Positions 40,324 through 49,895 of a stretch of DNA of 64,000 nt are shown here, piece after piece. Both the position numbers and the translations under genes were made by a program. How positions within the stretch are numbered: the first letter of the stretch is position 1; each line of letters starts with the position of its first letter. The notes under the pieces were generated by a model. It saw only the letters and a program-made list of their open reading frames with translations, made no database searches and was not told the DNA's origin. This DNA is from a virus. The stretch is taken from the IMG/VR virus record IMGVR_UViG_3300037245_003526, positions 88,297 through 152,296 of that record. The stretch is one strand, 5' to 3'.

Positions 40324-41300
40324 AATCAAAACTATATTTGGGACCAATGAGTAAGAACATTGTAGATGCAGCGATAGAACTTAGTAATGAATCTGATATG
40401 TGTGTTGGTTTTTGCGCATCTAGACGCCAAATAGAATTTAATGGCGGGTATGTAAATGGTTGGATCACAAAATCTTTTACAAACTACGTTAGAGGTAAAG
40501 CTAACAACAGTATACTTGTTAGAGATCATGGTGGTCCAGGGCAAGGACAAGAGAATGATGATGGTATAGAATCATTTAAATATGATGCTTTATATTTTGA
40601 TATTATTCATATTGACCCATGGAAAAAATTTAAATCTATTGAAGAAGAAGTAGTTAAGACATCTGAGTATATAGATCTTTGTAATTCTATAAATCCTTAC
40701 TGTAAGTTTGAAGTAGGCACAGAGCAATCTATATGTGAATTATCTTCAGAAGAATTGTTTAGTTTTTTAAATGGATTGAAACGTAGGTTAGGACAAACTT
40801 TATTTAATAAAATAATATATGTGGTTATTCAATCAGGAACATCATTAGAAGAAGATACTAACACTGGTAAATATGATTCTGTTAAATTGAAAAGAATGAT
40901 TGATGTATGTAAAGGTTTTTCAGTACTTTCAAAAGAACACAACGGAGACTATTTATCATCTGATCTTATTAAAGAAAAGTTTTCTTTAGGTTTAGATTCA
41001 ATAAACATAGCACCAGAGTTTGGTGTTATAGAAACTCTATGTGTATTAGATAGAATAGATAATGAAGATTTACTTATAAAGTTACACTCTATGTGTATAG
41101 AATCGGGTAAATGGAAAAAATGGGTAAATGATGATTTTGATCCTAACAAAAATAAAAGAAGATTGATAAAAATATGTGGTCACTATATATTCTCAGAACC
41201 ACGATTTAAATCTTTAATTAAGAACAAAATATTTGATGGGATAGATGACGAAATTAAATCTAAAGTAAAAACTCGTATAAAAAATATATTAGGAGATTAA
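40320..41300 (+). CDS. hypothetical protein (weak GatZ/KbaZ-like sugar-bisphosphate aldolase subunit similarity)
   Basis: LGPMSKNIVDAAIE ... GGYVNGW ... VRDHGGPG. Start at 40320 (ATGA overlap). Confidence 0.25.
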   Translation: MKSKLYLGPMSKNIVDAAIELSNESDMCVGFCASRRQIEFNGGYVNGWITKSFTNYVRGKANNSILVRDHGGPGQGQENDDGIESFKYDALYFDIIHIDPWKKFKSIEEEVVKTSEYIDLCNSINPYCKFEVGTEQSICELSSEELFSFLNGLKRRLGQTLFNKIIYVVIQSGTSLEEDTNTGKYDSVKLKRMIDVCKGFSVLSKEHNGDYLSSDLIKEKFSLGLDSINIAPEFGVIETLCVLDRIDNEDLLIKLHSMCIESGKWKKWVNDDFDPNKNKRRLIKICGHYIFSEPRFKSLIKNKIFDGIDDEIKSKVKTRIKNILGD

Positions 41301-41304
41301 TTTT

Positions 41305-41910
41305 ATGGGTAATAAAAGGTATAAACCTACTAGATATTATATGTATAATCGAATAGAAAATTTTTTTAAAAAATACCAACATAAACCTGGTAAATGTTTA
41401 TTAGTTGGGGATTCTTTACGAGGTGTTGGAAATGGTAAAATAGAAATAAAGAACACAGCTATAATAGATATGCTTCCAAAGGGTTGTGATATTACAGCAC
41501 CATCATATCCAGACGTAGATATGATGTATATGCCGTATGATAAAAATACTTTTGATTATATAATATCAGATCAAGTTTTAGAACATGTTAGAAAACCATG
41601 GTTAGCTGCAGCAGAAATAGAACGTGTATTAAAACCTGATGGATGGGCAATTATTACCACATGTTTAATGAACTATATTCATGGAGTACCAGAAGATTAT
41701 TTTAGATTTACTCCAGATGGTTTAAAAGTATTATTTGAAAACCTTTCTTATATAGAACAAGTAGAAGGTTTTGGTAATCTAAACTTTATAACAAAAGCAT
41801 TAACTGGTAAATTCAAAGTACCCGTTAAACCAGGAACTCCTTTAGAAAAAGAAGTTATGATTAACGATAATAAAAACTTATATTTAACATGGATCATAGG
41901 AAGAAAATAA
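41305..41910 (+). CDS. SAM-dependent methyltransferase
   Basis: ISDQVLEHVRKPW ... LKPDG. Confidence 0.4.
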   Translation: MGNKRYKPTRYYMYNRIENFFKKYQHKPGKCLLVGDSLRGVGNGKIEIKNTAIIDMLPKGCDITAPSYPDVDMMYMPYDKNTFDYIISDQVLEHVRKPWLAAAEIERVLKPDGWAIITTCLMNYIHGVPEDYFRFTPDGLKVLFENLSYIEQVEGFGNLNFITKALTGKFKVPVKPGTPLEKEVMINDNKNLYLTWIIGRK

Positions 41911-41920
41911 AGGAGAATTA

Positions 41921-42505
41921 ATGGACTACATCGAAACCAACATTGAAAATACTAAGAAGTTAATGAAAAATATTAACGAAAAAAGATATAGACAGCTTAA
42001 AAAAAATAGATATATTCCTATAATTGAATTAATGGAAAAATATGTTGATAAATCAGGTCCTTTGCTTGATATAGGAATTAGAGAAGGTGCATTTCTTAAA
42101 GTATTAAGAGATGAAGGATTTACTGATTTATATGGTGTTGATATATACGAAGAAGGAGTTCAACAAGCTATTAAAAATGGATTTGATTGTCAAGTTTCAG
42201 ATGCTATGGATCTACAAATTAGAATGAAATTTAATATAGTTACTATATCTCATGTAATAGAACATTGTCCAGATATAAATAAAGTAGTAGATAATATATA
42301 CGATCTATTAAATCCAAAAGGTGTTTTATATGTGGAAGTACCTAAACAGAAGAAACAAAAAATACCTACAAAAGATGGTCACTACTTTTGCTTTTCGACT
42401 CTAAAAGAACTCCATTCATTTTTTCCGGAGGATAAATGGGAATTGTTAGAATTGACAAAAAATAAAGAAAGTGGACGTCTTAAAATATTAGTAAGGAAAA
42501 TATAA
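41921..42505 (+). CDS. SAM-dependent methyltransferase
   Basis: LDIGIREGAF ... VDIY ... ISHVIEHCPD. Confidence 0.4.
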   Translation: MDYIETNIENTKKLMKNINEKRYRQLKKNRYIPIIELMEKYVDKSGPLLDIGIREGAFLKVLRDEGFTDLYGVDIYEEGVQQAIKNGFDCQVSDAMDLQIRMKFNIVTISHVIEHCPDINKVVDNIYDLLNPKGVLYVEVPKQKKQKIPTKDGHYFCFSTLKELHSFFPEDKWELLELTKNKESGRLKILVRKI

Positions 42506-43185
42506 TGAATAATGGTATTGTATATATAGTATTTAAAAAACATAAGGGTGTAGATCATATAAAAGAAGTTATACAATCTGCAAGAGCAGTTAAAAATATT
42601 CATAAAAAACTTAATATAACATTATTTACAGATTCTAAAAATATTAATGAAAATTGTTTTGATAATATAAAAATTATTCCAATTAATAATACCAGAGAAA
42701 AACAAAATTACTTATATGATTCTCCATATGATTATACATTATATTTAGATAGTGATACTAAAGTAGTAAATCCTATTGAAGATATTTTTAAAATTTTAGA
42801 TAGATTTGATATAGCTGCTTGTTTTGATCATGCTAGAAAAGATCCTAAAAAATCTAAAGTTTGGGAAGACTATGCAAAAATACCAAGCTCATTTTCCGAA
42901 TTTGCTGGAGGTGTTATTTTATTTAAAAAATCTCCTGTAGTTGAAAGCTTCTTTAAAGTATGGAGAGTTAACTATGGACTATGGAAAAAAGCATCTGGTA
43001 AATTAAATGATCAACCATCATTTAGAGTTTCATTATGGCAATGTTCAGATTTGAAAGTTTATACTCTTCCCCCTGAATACAATTTAAGGACACAAGAAAA
43101 AAGAGATAAATTTATTATTAATCCTGTAATTCTTCATTGGCATAAAATGTATATGAATGTTAAAGGAACCCCACAAAAATTTTAG
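42505..43185 (+). CDS. hypothetical protein (possible GT-A glycosyltransferase)
   Basis: YLDSDTKVV DxD motif. Confidence 0.3.
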   Translation: MNNGIVYIVFKKHKGVDHIKEVIQSARAVKNIHKKLNITLFTDSKNINENCFDNIKIIPINNTREKQNYLYDSPYDYTLYLDSDTKVVNPIEDIFKILDRFDIAACFDHARKDPKKSKVWEDYAKIPSSFSEFAGGVILFKKSPVVESFFKVWRVNYGLWKKASGKLNDQPSFRVSLWQCSDLKVYTLPPEYNLRTQEKRDKFIINPVILHWHKMYMNVKGTPQKF

Positions 43186-43194
43186 GGAGAATAA

Positions 43195-43854
43195 ATGATT
43201 ATAGATGTGTTAGTTAATAGTTGTGCTAGAGTTGATCTTCTTGAAAAATCAATATCTACATTTAGGAAACATATTAAGACTGATGAACATGAGTTTAGAT
43301 GGGTCATAGTCGAAGATAAAGTTAATGATCCTAAACGTCAAAAAATTGGTGAAAGATGGATATTTGGTAATGGAAATTTATTTGATAAAATTACTTTTTT
43401 GGGAAAAAAAGCAGGACCAGGTTATTGGTGGGCAGAAATAATTAAACATTGTGAATCAGATTTTCATATTCATTTAGAAGATGATTGTAAATTTATCAAT
43501 GATATTTATATAGATCCAATAATTGAAATAATGGAGGTTCAAAGTAATATTGTTGAAATTATATTTAGAAGAGATACAGCAAAAAAGAATAATAATAAAT
43601 TAAAAATATTTGATCTTAAATTAACTGAAATGGATTTATTATCAGTTGCTTCAGGTATTTTTAATACAAAAAATGTAATAAAAATTATTGATAAAATAGG
43701 TTGGAAAAAACAATTACATGAAGCAAAAAACTTAACTCATACATCTAAAAAAATGGGATTAAGAAAATTCATATTAGATCATAATAAAGTACATTATATT
43801 CATGTAGGACAAAAGAAATGTTATAGAAAAGGAAAATGGATTGAAACTAAATAA
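43195..43854 (+). CDS. glycosyltransferase family 2-like
   Basis: MIIDVLVNSCARVDLLEKSI N-terminus and an HLEDD motif. Confidence 0.35.
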   Translation: MIIDVLVNSCARVDLLEKSISTFRKHIKTDEHEFRWVIVEDKVNDPKRQKIGERWIFGNGNLFDKITFLGKKAGPGYWWAEIIKHCESDFHIHLEDDCKFINDIYIDPIIEIMEVQSNIVEIIFRRDTAKKNNNKLKIFDLKLTEMDLLSVASGIFNTKNVIKIIDKIGWKKQLHEAKNLTHTSKKMGLRKFILDHNKVHYIHVGQKKCYRKGKWIETK

Positions 43855-44125
43855 TTGTGAAATTTGTAAAAGATCATTTCCTTCTTTAGATACACATCAT
43901 ATACATAGTCTTAGTTTAGATGGTGTAAATAAAGAATGGAATAAATGTTATATTTGTCCATCGTGTCATAGGTTAGTTCACATAGGTGAAATAATACTTG
44001 AAGGAAGATTTAGAACAACTAAAGGTAATACATTAATTTTTAGAAATAAAGAAGAAGAATCAATAACACAATTTGAGGATCCTCGTGTGTGGTTAATTGG
44101 TAAGGAGAAAAAAGATGAAAAGTAA
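43841..44125 (+). CDS. HNH endonuclease
   Basis: CEIC ... THHIHS ... CPSCHRLVH. Apparent TTG start that overlaps the upstream gene. Confidence 0.5.
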   Translation: MKLNNCEICKRSFPSLDTHHIHSLSLDGVNKEWNKCYICPSCHRLVHIGEIILEGRFRTTKGNTLIFRNKEEESITQFEDPRVWLIGKEKKDEK

Positions 44126-45326
44126 AAATATCATAATATTTGGTGGAGATGGTTTTTGTGGATGGCCAACAGCTCTTTATTTATCAAAAGCAGGTTATAA
44201 TATTACTATTGTAGATAACTTATCTAGACGAAAAATAGATGTTGAATTAGAATGTCAATCTCTTACTCCCATTGCTTCTATTACAAATCGTAGAGCTATG
44301 TGGCAATCAAGGTCAGGTAATGTTATTCATTATGCTAATATAGATGTCCATGATAATTTTCATAGACTTCTTACTATGATTAATGAAATTAAACCTTTAG
44401 CGGTCATTCATTTTGCTGAACAGAGGGCAGCACCCTATTCAATGAAGAGTCCTTGGCATAAGAGATATACGGTTAATAATAATTTAAATGCTACTAATAA
44501 TATATTGGATGCGATTGTTGAATCAGGTTTAGATATTCATGTTGTTCATTTAGGAACAGCTGGTTATTATGGTTATTCTTCAGTAGGAATGAAAATTCCT
44601 GAAGGGTATCTTAAAGTCAAAGTTGATGTTGATGGAGAAGAAAAAGATCTTGAAATAATGTATCCTCCAAATCCAGGATCTATATATCATTTAACTAAAT
44701 GTCAAGATGCTTTGTTTTTTCATTATTATAATAAGAATGATGCTTTAAGAATAACTGATTTACATCAAGGTATTGTTTATGGATGTCAAACTGATGAAAC
44801 AATAATACATGAAGATTTAATTAATCGTTTTGACTATGATGGTGATTATGGAACTGTATTAAATAGGTTTGCTATACAAGCTGCTATAGGTCATCCATTA
44901 ACTATATATGGTACAGGTGGACAAACAAGAGCATTTATTCATATTTCAGATACAGTTAAATGTATTAAATTAGCTATTGAAAATCCTCCAGCAGAAGGTG
45001 ATCGTGTTAGAGTTTTAAATCAAGCTGCTGAATGTTTAAATGTACATGATTTAGCAGACACAATAAAAAGACTTACTGGAGCAGAAATTAGATATTATAA
45101 AAATCCTAGAAATGAAGATCCTAAAAATGAGTTAAAATTTGCTAATGAAGGTTTTAAAAGTTTAGGATGGGAACCTAAATTATTAGAATATGCATTAATA
45201 GAAGATGTTATGAAAATTGCTCATAAATGGAAAGATAGAGTTGATATTGATAAAGTAATACCTACTTCATTATGGGATAAAAATAAAGAGGTTGATAAAA
45301 TAGGAGCATTTATACCAGAAAAATAG
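44115..45326 (+). CDS. UDP-sulfoquinovose synthase (SQD1)-like SDR
   Basis: IIIFGGDGFCGWPTALYLSKAGYNITIVDNLSRR closely parallels the SQD1/Agl3 N-terminus (GGDGYCGW). Start at 44115 behind RBS AAGGAG. Confidence 0.5.
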   Translation: MKSKNIIIFGGDGFCGWPTALYLSKAGYNITIVDNLSRRKIDVELECQSLTPIASITNRRAMWQSRSGNVIHYANIDVHDNFHRLLTMINEIKPLAVIHFAEQRAAPYSMKSPWHKRYTVNNNLNATNNILDAIVESGLDIHVVHLGTAGYYGYSSVGMKIPEGYLKVKVDVDGEEKDLEIMYPPNPGSIYHLTKCQDALFFHYYNKNDALRITDLHQGIVYGCQTDETIIHEDLINRFDYDGDYGTVLNRFAIQAAIGHPLTIYGTGGQTRAFIHISDTVKCIKLAIENPPAEGDRVRVLNQAAECLNVHDLADTIKRLTGAEIRYYKNPRNEDPKNELKFANEGFKSLGWEPKLLEYALIEDVMKIAHKWKDRVDIDKVIPTSLWDKNKEVDKIGAFIPEK

Positions 45327-45337
45327 GAGACTAAAAA

Positions 45338-46318
45338 ATGGCGAATTGGTTAATAACAGGTGGGTGTGGTTTTATAGGATTGAATTTAGTTAAGGAGTTA
45401 GCAGATGAAGGAGGACATGAAATAAGAGTAGTTGATAATATGTCATTCGGTAAAGCTGATGACCTTAAATATGTTTGTGAATATAAACATACACATCCAA
45501 ATAATTTTAAAGAACCTGTAGTAGAATTAGTAGAAGTTGATATTAAAGATAAATTTTATATGAATCAAGTAATGGAAGATATTGATTATGTAGTTCATTT
45601 AGCAGCTATAAGCGGAGTTAGACTTTCAGTTGATGATCCCACAACCAGCTTTACAACAAATGTTGATGGTACTTTTAATTTACTTGAAGCAGCTAGAAAA
45701 AATAATATTAAAAAGTTTATATTTGCTTCAAGTGGCGCTGGAGTTGGAGATCATAAACCACCAATTCATGAAGATTTACCAGCAAGACCAGTATCTCCAT
45801 ATGGGGCAACTAAATTAGCTGGTGAAGGTTTATGTACTTCTTATTATCATTCATTCGGACTTGAAACTACTTCATTAAGATTTAGTAATGTTTATGGTCC
45901 TTTTTCTCATCGTAAAGAAAGTCTTGTAGCAAAATTAGTAAAACGAGTATTAGATAATAAAACTTTTAATATATATGGTGATGGTAATCAAACAAGAGAT
46001 TTTGTATATGTAGATGATTTAGTTAATGCAATAAAACTTTGTGTTTCTACAGAAGATATTGGAGGAGAAATATATCAATTATGTACAGGTAATGAATCTT
46101 CAATAAATTTCATTATTGGTGAAATAATACATATACTTAAAAAGAGAGCGTTTGATGATTTTAAACTTGAAATAGTAGAAGAAAAAATTGGAGATTTAAA
46201 AACAAATTGGGCAGATAATACAAAAATATATAATCACTTAGGATGGTCTCCGCAAGTTAAATTAGATGAAGGTCTTGAAAATACTATAGGTTGGTTAATC
46301 GAAAATTATAAAAAGTAG
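45338..46318 (+). CDS. NAD-dependent nucleotide-sugar epimerase/dehydratase
   Basis: WLITGGCGFIGLNLV Rossmann motif and YGATK catalytic motif. Confidence 0.55.
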   Translation: MANWLITGGCGFIGLNLVKELADEGGHEIRVVDNMSFGKADDLKYVCEYKHTHPNNFKEPVVELVEVDIKDKFYMNQVMEDIDYVVHLAAISGVRLSVDDPTTSFTTNVDGTFNLLEAARKNNIKKFIFASSGAGVGDHKPPIHEDLPARPVSPYGATKLAGEGLCTSYYHSFGLETTSLRFSNVYGPFSHRKESLVAKLVKRVLDNKTFNIYGDGNQTRDFVYVDDLVNAIKLCVSTEDIGGEIYQLCTGNESSINFIIGEIIHILKKRAFDDFKLEIVEEKIGDLKTNWADNTKIYNHLGWSPQVKLDEGLENTIGWLIENYKK

Positions 46319-46320
46319 AC

Positions 46321-46368
46321 AAAAAAAAACGGGGTAGTATTGCATTTGCTTCTACCCCCCCGTTTTTT
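46321..46368. terminator. bidirectional intrinsic terminator
   Basis: A9-CGGGGTAG ... CTACCCCCCG-T6 hairpin, flanked by an A-run and a T-run, between convergent genes. Confidence 0.6.
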
Positions 46369-46386
46369 GATATCATAAGATACACC

Positions 46387-47232
46387 CTATAAAAGTGTAG
46401 ATATGAAACAAGTTGCATCCTTTGCAGAATCAATAAGTTCTGCACCAGCGTCACTAATATCTAATGGTTCAGATCTAGCTCCAACAAGAGGTTCTATTTC
46501 AGGATTAACTACTGGCTCGTCCACAGGTTCATCATCCACAGGTTCATCATCCATAGGTTCATCATCCACAGGTTCATCATCCACAGGTTCATCATCCATA
46601 GGTTCATCATCCACAGGTTCATCATGTGTCCAACCGGCCATTGCATGATCATAAATAGCAGCACGATCAAGGGAACCTACAACACGATCATATACTCGGA
46701 TTTCATCAACCCTTCCCTGAATACCATCCCAATCAAATGTTACACCTACATCAATAGCACCCTCAAAATAAAATACGGGAGCTTCTACATTATTGATGTA
46801 GAATCTGAAACCAACCGAATCATCATCATCAATTTGGGTTTTAGTCACTATTATATGATAATACCCGTACTGAGGAATAATAACATTCAGATTTGCACCA
46901 CCAAGTGACATAACAAATATTGAATATGAAATTGTATACTCTGCTAATTCTGAAAGATCGGGTACTGTTATTTCTGCCCCAAATTGTGGATCCAACATAC
47001 AACTATAATTTCTTGAACCATCTGGAGTTACTATTTCCCTATCCCATGTAAAGTTGTATCCAAGATCCACTTCATCAACACTCGGGTCAATCCAATAAGG
47101 GAAATCCCGTTCCGGATTTTCTATTTGCGGTTCCATTGGTTGATAAGCAACAAGTCCATCATTAATATCTGCACTTACAATCCCTACCATCAAAAACACA
47201 ATCATTATAGTAATGTTAAAAATCTTTTTCAT
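46387..47232 (-). CDS. secreted LamG/concanavalin-like lectin-domain protein with a C-terminal acidic (DEPV/MDDEP)n repeat
   Basis: Signal peptide MKKIFNITIMIVFLMVGIVSA. GRVDEIRVYDRVVGSLD (LamG_3-like). Repeats DEPVDDEPMDDEPVDDEP. Higher GC than its neighbours. Confidence 0.45.
   Translation of the reverse strand: MKKIFNITIMIVFLMVGIVSADINDGLVAYQPMEPQIENPERDFPYWIDPSVDEVDLGYNFTWDREIVTPDGSRNYSCMLDPQFGAEITVPDLSELAEYTISYSIFVMSLGGANLNVIIPQYGYYHIIVTKTQIDDDDSVGFRFYINNVEAPVFYFEGAIDVGVTFDWDGIQGRVDEIRVYDRVVGSLDRAAIYDHAMAGWTHDEPVDDEPMDDEPVDDEPVDDEPMDDEPVDDEPVDEPVVNPEIEPLVGARSEPLDISDAGAELIDSAKDATCFISTLL
46516..46625. repeat. about seven tandem 15-bp repeats (CAGGTTCATCATCCA/T) encoding the acidic repeat
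   Basis: Read directly from the sequence. Confidence 0.7.
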
Positions 47233-47579
47233 TTTTCTAGTCCCCTTTTCTTGTTTTTACCAAGTTTAACCTCACCCAGGTTTCGGAGGTACTACTCATT
47301 AAATAAATTATACTACTTCTCGCTTACCCCAATGGTTACGAGAATTGTATTACTACCTTTAAGCTATATAGGTCCATAATTGTACCATAACAAACCCTTT
47401 ATAACCAACTAATAATATATATAGTCTTTTGGTTTATAATGGATTGGTTTTTTTCGTGTAAAATTGGAACAAAAATAAAATGGAAATAAAAATAAAATTT
47501 TTCACAAAAAAATGCAGATAGATTTCACTCCATCCAATAATTAATATATATAGCAAATAGTTTTTTAACTGAGAGGAAA

Positions 47580-48269
47580 ATGATGCCAGTCCCAAAAAAT
47601 CCAAAGACAATTATTGTAAAAAATAAATACTATCCTGTAGGACTTAAGGAAGAAGACGTATGGAACTACTATCAAAAAAATAAAAGTTTAATTTTAAGAG
47701 AAGTAGGATCTAGACAACTTATGTTTGCTATAATGGTTGATGTTAATAAACCAGTATTAAGAAAGAATTGGGAGAAGGGAAAACCTATTACATTATCAAA
47801 CTCTACATATGATAATAGAATCACAGGAAGAACTATTGCTATTTACTCATTAATGAGAGGGTATGAGGATCAAGCTATTGTTGATATTGATTCAGATAAT
47901 TTTAAAAAAGCAAAAGAATGTACAATGGATACATATGATGAGCTTGAAAAATTTGATCTTATTGAAAATGTTAGAATAAGATTTACTGGTAAAACTTCAT
48001 TTCATATATTATGTACCTTTTATAGAAAAAATCCAATTGATAGAATAAGAAGTTCCCTTCAAGAATATCTAAAAAGTACCAACTTAGAGGATAAATATAC
48101 CATTGAATTTAAGAGAAAAAAGAATATCCCAAACATTGATTTATCACCTAATAAATTCAATGGGGCGTATATAACACCCCATTCCCTTTCTATATTAGGT
48201 TTAAAATGTGTACGAATATCATATGATACGTTGAGGTATTTTCACCCTAATAACGCTAAAATTAGGTAA
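47580..48269 (+). CDS. hypothetical protein (weak AEP primase-like motifs)
   Basis: VDIDSD and TGKTSFHI resemble AEP motifs I and II. Motif III is not evident. Confidence 0.25.
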   Translation: MMPVPKNPKTIIVKNKYYPVGLKEEDVWNYYQKNKSLILREVGSRQLMFAIMVDVNKPVLRKNWEKGKPITLSNSTYDNRITGRTIAIYSLMRGYEDQAIVDIDSDNFKKAKECTMDTYDELEKFDLIENVRIRFTGKTSFHILCTFYRKNPIDRIRSSLQEYLKSTNLEDKYTIEFKRKKNIPNIDLSPNKFNGAYITPHSLSILGLKCVRISYDTLRYFHPNNAKIR

Positions 48270-48308
48270 GGTTTATAATTTTATCCTTACCTAATTTTAG
48301 TTTATATC

Positions 48309-48692
48309 TTATCTTCCAGCACGACTATTGATGCATGCTCTTAATACATTCATTGCATCTAATAGAGACTCCTCATCTCTAATAGAAAGAAAACAGTATT
48401 GATTCCAACCCTCTACAATCTTTTCGTTTGAAAGTTTTTCATAAAACCGATCTCTCATACTGAGATAACCAAGTTTATTCTGTGGACTGAATTTAAAACT
48501 TTTTGCATGAGTATAATCTAAATTAACCTGCAGCTGTTCCCCAGTTGACTTAACATTATAACCGAGTTCTTTTGCTAATTTTCTAATGCTACTAATCCAT
48601 ACTTTTATTTTCCTCCTGTTCCTTTCCAAAGGTGTTAAGGCTTTAAATTTTTTAATTTTAACCATTGTGCTAGTATCATCGTTTTTTAACAT
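48309..48692 (-). CDS. hypothetical protein
   Basis: 127 aa, minus strand. Confidence 0.4.
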   Translation of the reverse strand: MLKNDDTSTMVKIKKFKALTPLERNRRKIKVWISSIRKLAKELGYNVKSTGEQLQVNLDYTHAKSFKFSPQNKLGYLSMRDRFYEKLSNEKIVEGWNQYCFLSIRDEESLLDAMNVLRACINSRAGR

Positions 48693-48795
48693 AAATATTA
48701 CCTCCCTTTAAAATTATTAAAAACAAACTTTTTATCACTAATTTATATATATAATAATAACTTTAATACTGGAACAAAAAAGAAAAGGAGTATTA

Positions 48796-49818
48796 ATGAA
48801 ATCGTTTTGGCTCTTTCGTAGTAATTTAAGACAGTTTGAATCGTACCATAAATATAGAACATTAAAAGAATTTGAAGAAAATTGTTGGGATTTTTATTTG
48901 ATTCAAGGTTTATGGTTTTTAAGAAATAATTATTTTGATGAAGTTATAATATGGAGATTAAAACCAAAAGGTAAAGAACCTTTTACAATAACTTTTGATG
49001 TAAATGGAAAGAAATTTAAACAAATGTTTGTAGAAGACTTTTCTGAATGTATGAAACTTCCTAAACCTTATGTTACATTTTGGAGAGGAGGATTTCAAGA
49101 ATATGATAATTTAACTAAAACATATTATAATTTCTTTAAACCAAGAAGTCTATATTGTGGAACAGGTAAAAGAATTACTCCACAATATGGTGGTAAATAT
49201 GATATGATTTTAATGGAAGATGAAAGAGACTTTAATAAAAAATTTAATTGTATTCCATTTTATAAAACTGCTTGTCCAACTATCTTCTATAAGTATGGAT
49301 CAAAACAATGGTATGATATTTGTTTTCCAGCAAACTTTATGCAGAAAACTTATAAAGGTCAAGAATTTTTTATAAGAGAAATATCCAAATCTAATTTTTT
49401 GAAAAGTTTAAATATAATCAATATAGGTAATAAACCTAAAGTTGGTGAAAATATTTGTAAAAAATATGGAGTTAAAAATATTGAATTCGGTGGTCTTAAA
49501 ACTAGATCTGAAGTAAATCAAATTTTTAATGAATCAAAATTCGGTATAGTTTGCTCTAATAGAACAGATGGTTGTCCAAGAGTAATATCAGAAATAATGT
49601 CAACTGGTACTCCTATTATAATAAGAGATATGACCAGAGTATTAAAGTATTATAAAGGATCTGGAACTATTCCATTTAAAGATAATGAAATAGTAACAAA
49701 AATAAAAGGAGCATTTAAAAATTATGATGTATTTAAAACTTTAGCAATTAATAATTTAGATAGAATTTCAATGAATTCTATATGTAATAAAAATTATTAT
49801 TTATGGACAAAAAAATAA
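48796..49818 (+). CDS. hypothetical protein (possible GT-B glycosyltransferase C-domain)
   Basis: KFGIVCSNRTDGCPRVISEIMSTGTPIII resembles a GT1 C-terminal motif. Confidence 0.3.
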   Translation: MKSFWLFRSNLRQFESYHKYRTLKEFEENCWDFYLIQGLWFLRNNYFDEVIIWRLKPKGKEPFTITFDVNGKKFKQMFVEDFSECMKLPKPYVTFWRGGFQEYDNLTKTYYNFFKPRSLYCGTGKRITPQYGGKYDMILMEDERDFNKKFNCIPFYKTACPTIFYKYGSKQWYDICFPANFMQKTYKGQEFFIREISKSNFLKSLNIINIGNKPKVGENICKKYGVKNIEFGGLKTRSEVNQIFNESKFGIVCSNRTDGCPRVISEIMSTGTPIIIRDMTRVLKYYKGSGTIPFKDNEIVTKIKGAFKNYDVFKTLAINNLDRISMNSICNKNYYLWTKK

Positions 49819-49820
49819 AT

Positions 49821-49895
49821 GGGACCGAACCCCACACATCGCTATGAAGTATGTAGGGTTCGGCCTGGCGGCAGCCTGTAGATACAGGCTACTTT
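49821..49895. terminator. GC-rich double hairpin, possibly a bidirectional terminator. Alternatively a remnant tRNA T-arm.
   Basis: GACCGAACCC ... GGGTTCGGCC inverted repeat, then AGCCTGTA-GA-TACAGGCT and a TTTTCGG tail. GGTTCGG resembles a tRNA T-loop. Confidence 0.35.

Noticed and set aside
46403-46908. Plus-strand Ser/Gly-rich ORFs across the 15-bp repeat region
   Set aside because: They are antisense to the signal-peptide-bearing LamG gene. The repeat simply stays open in several frames.
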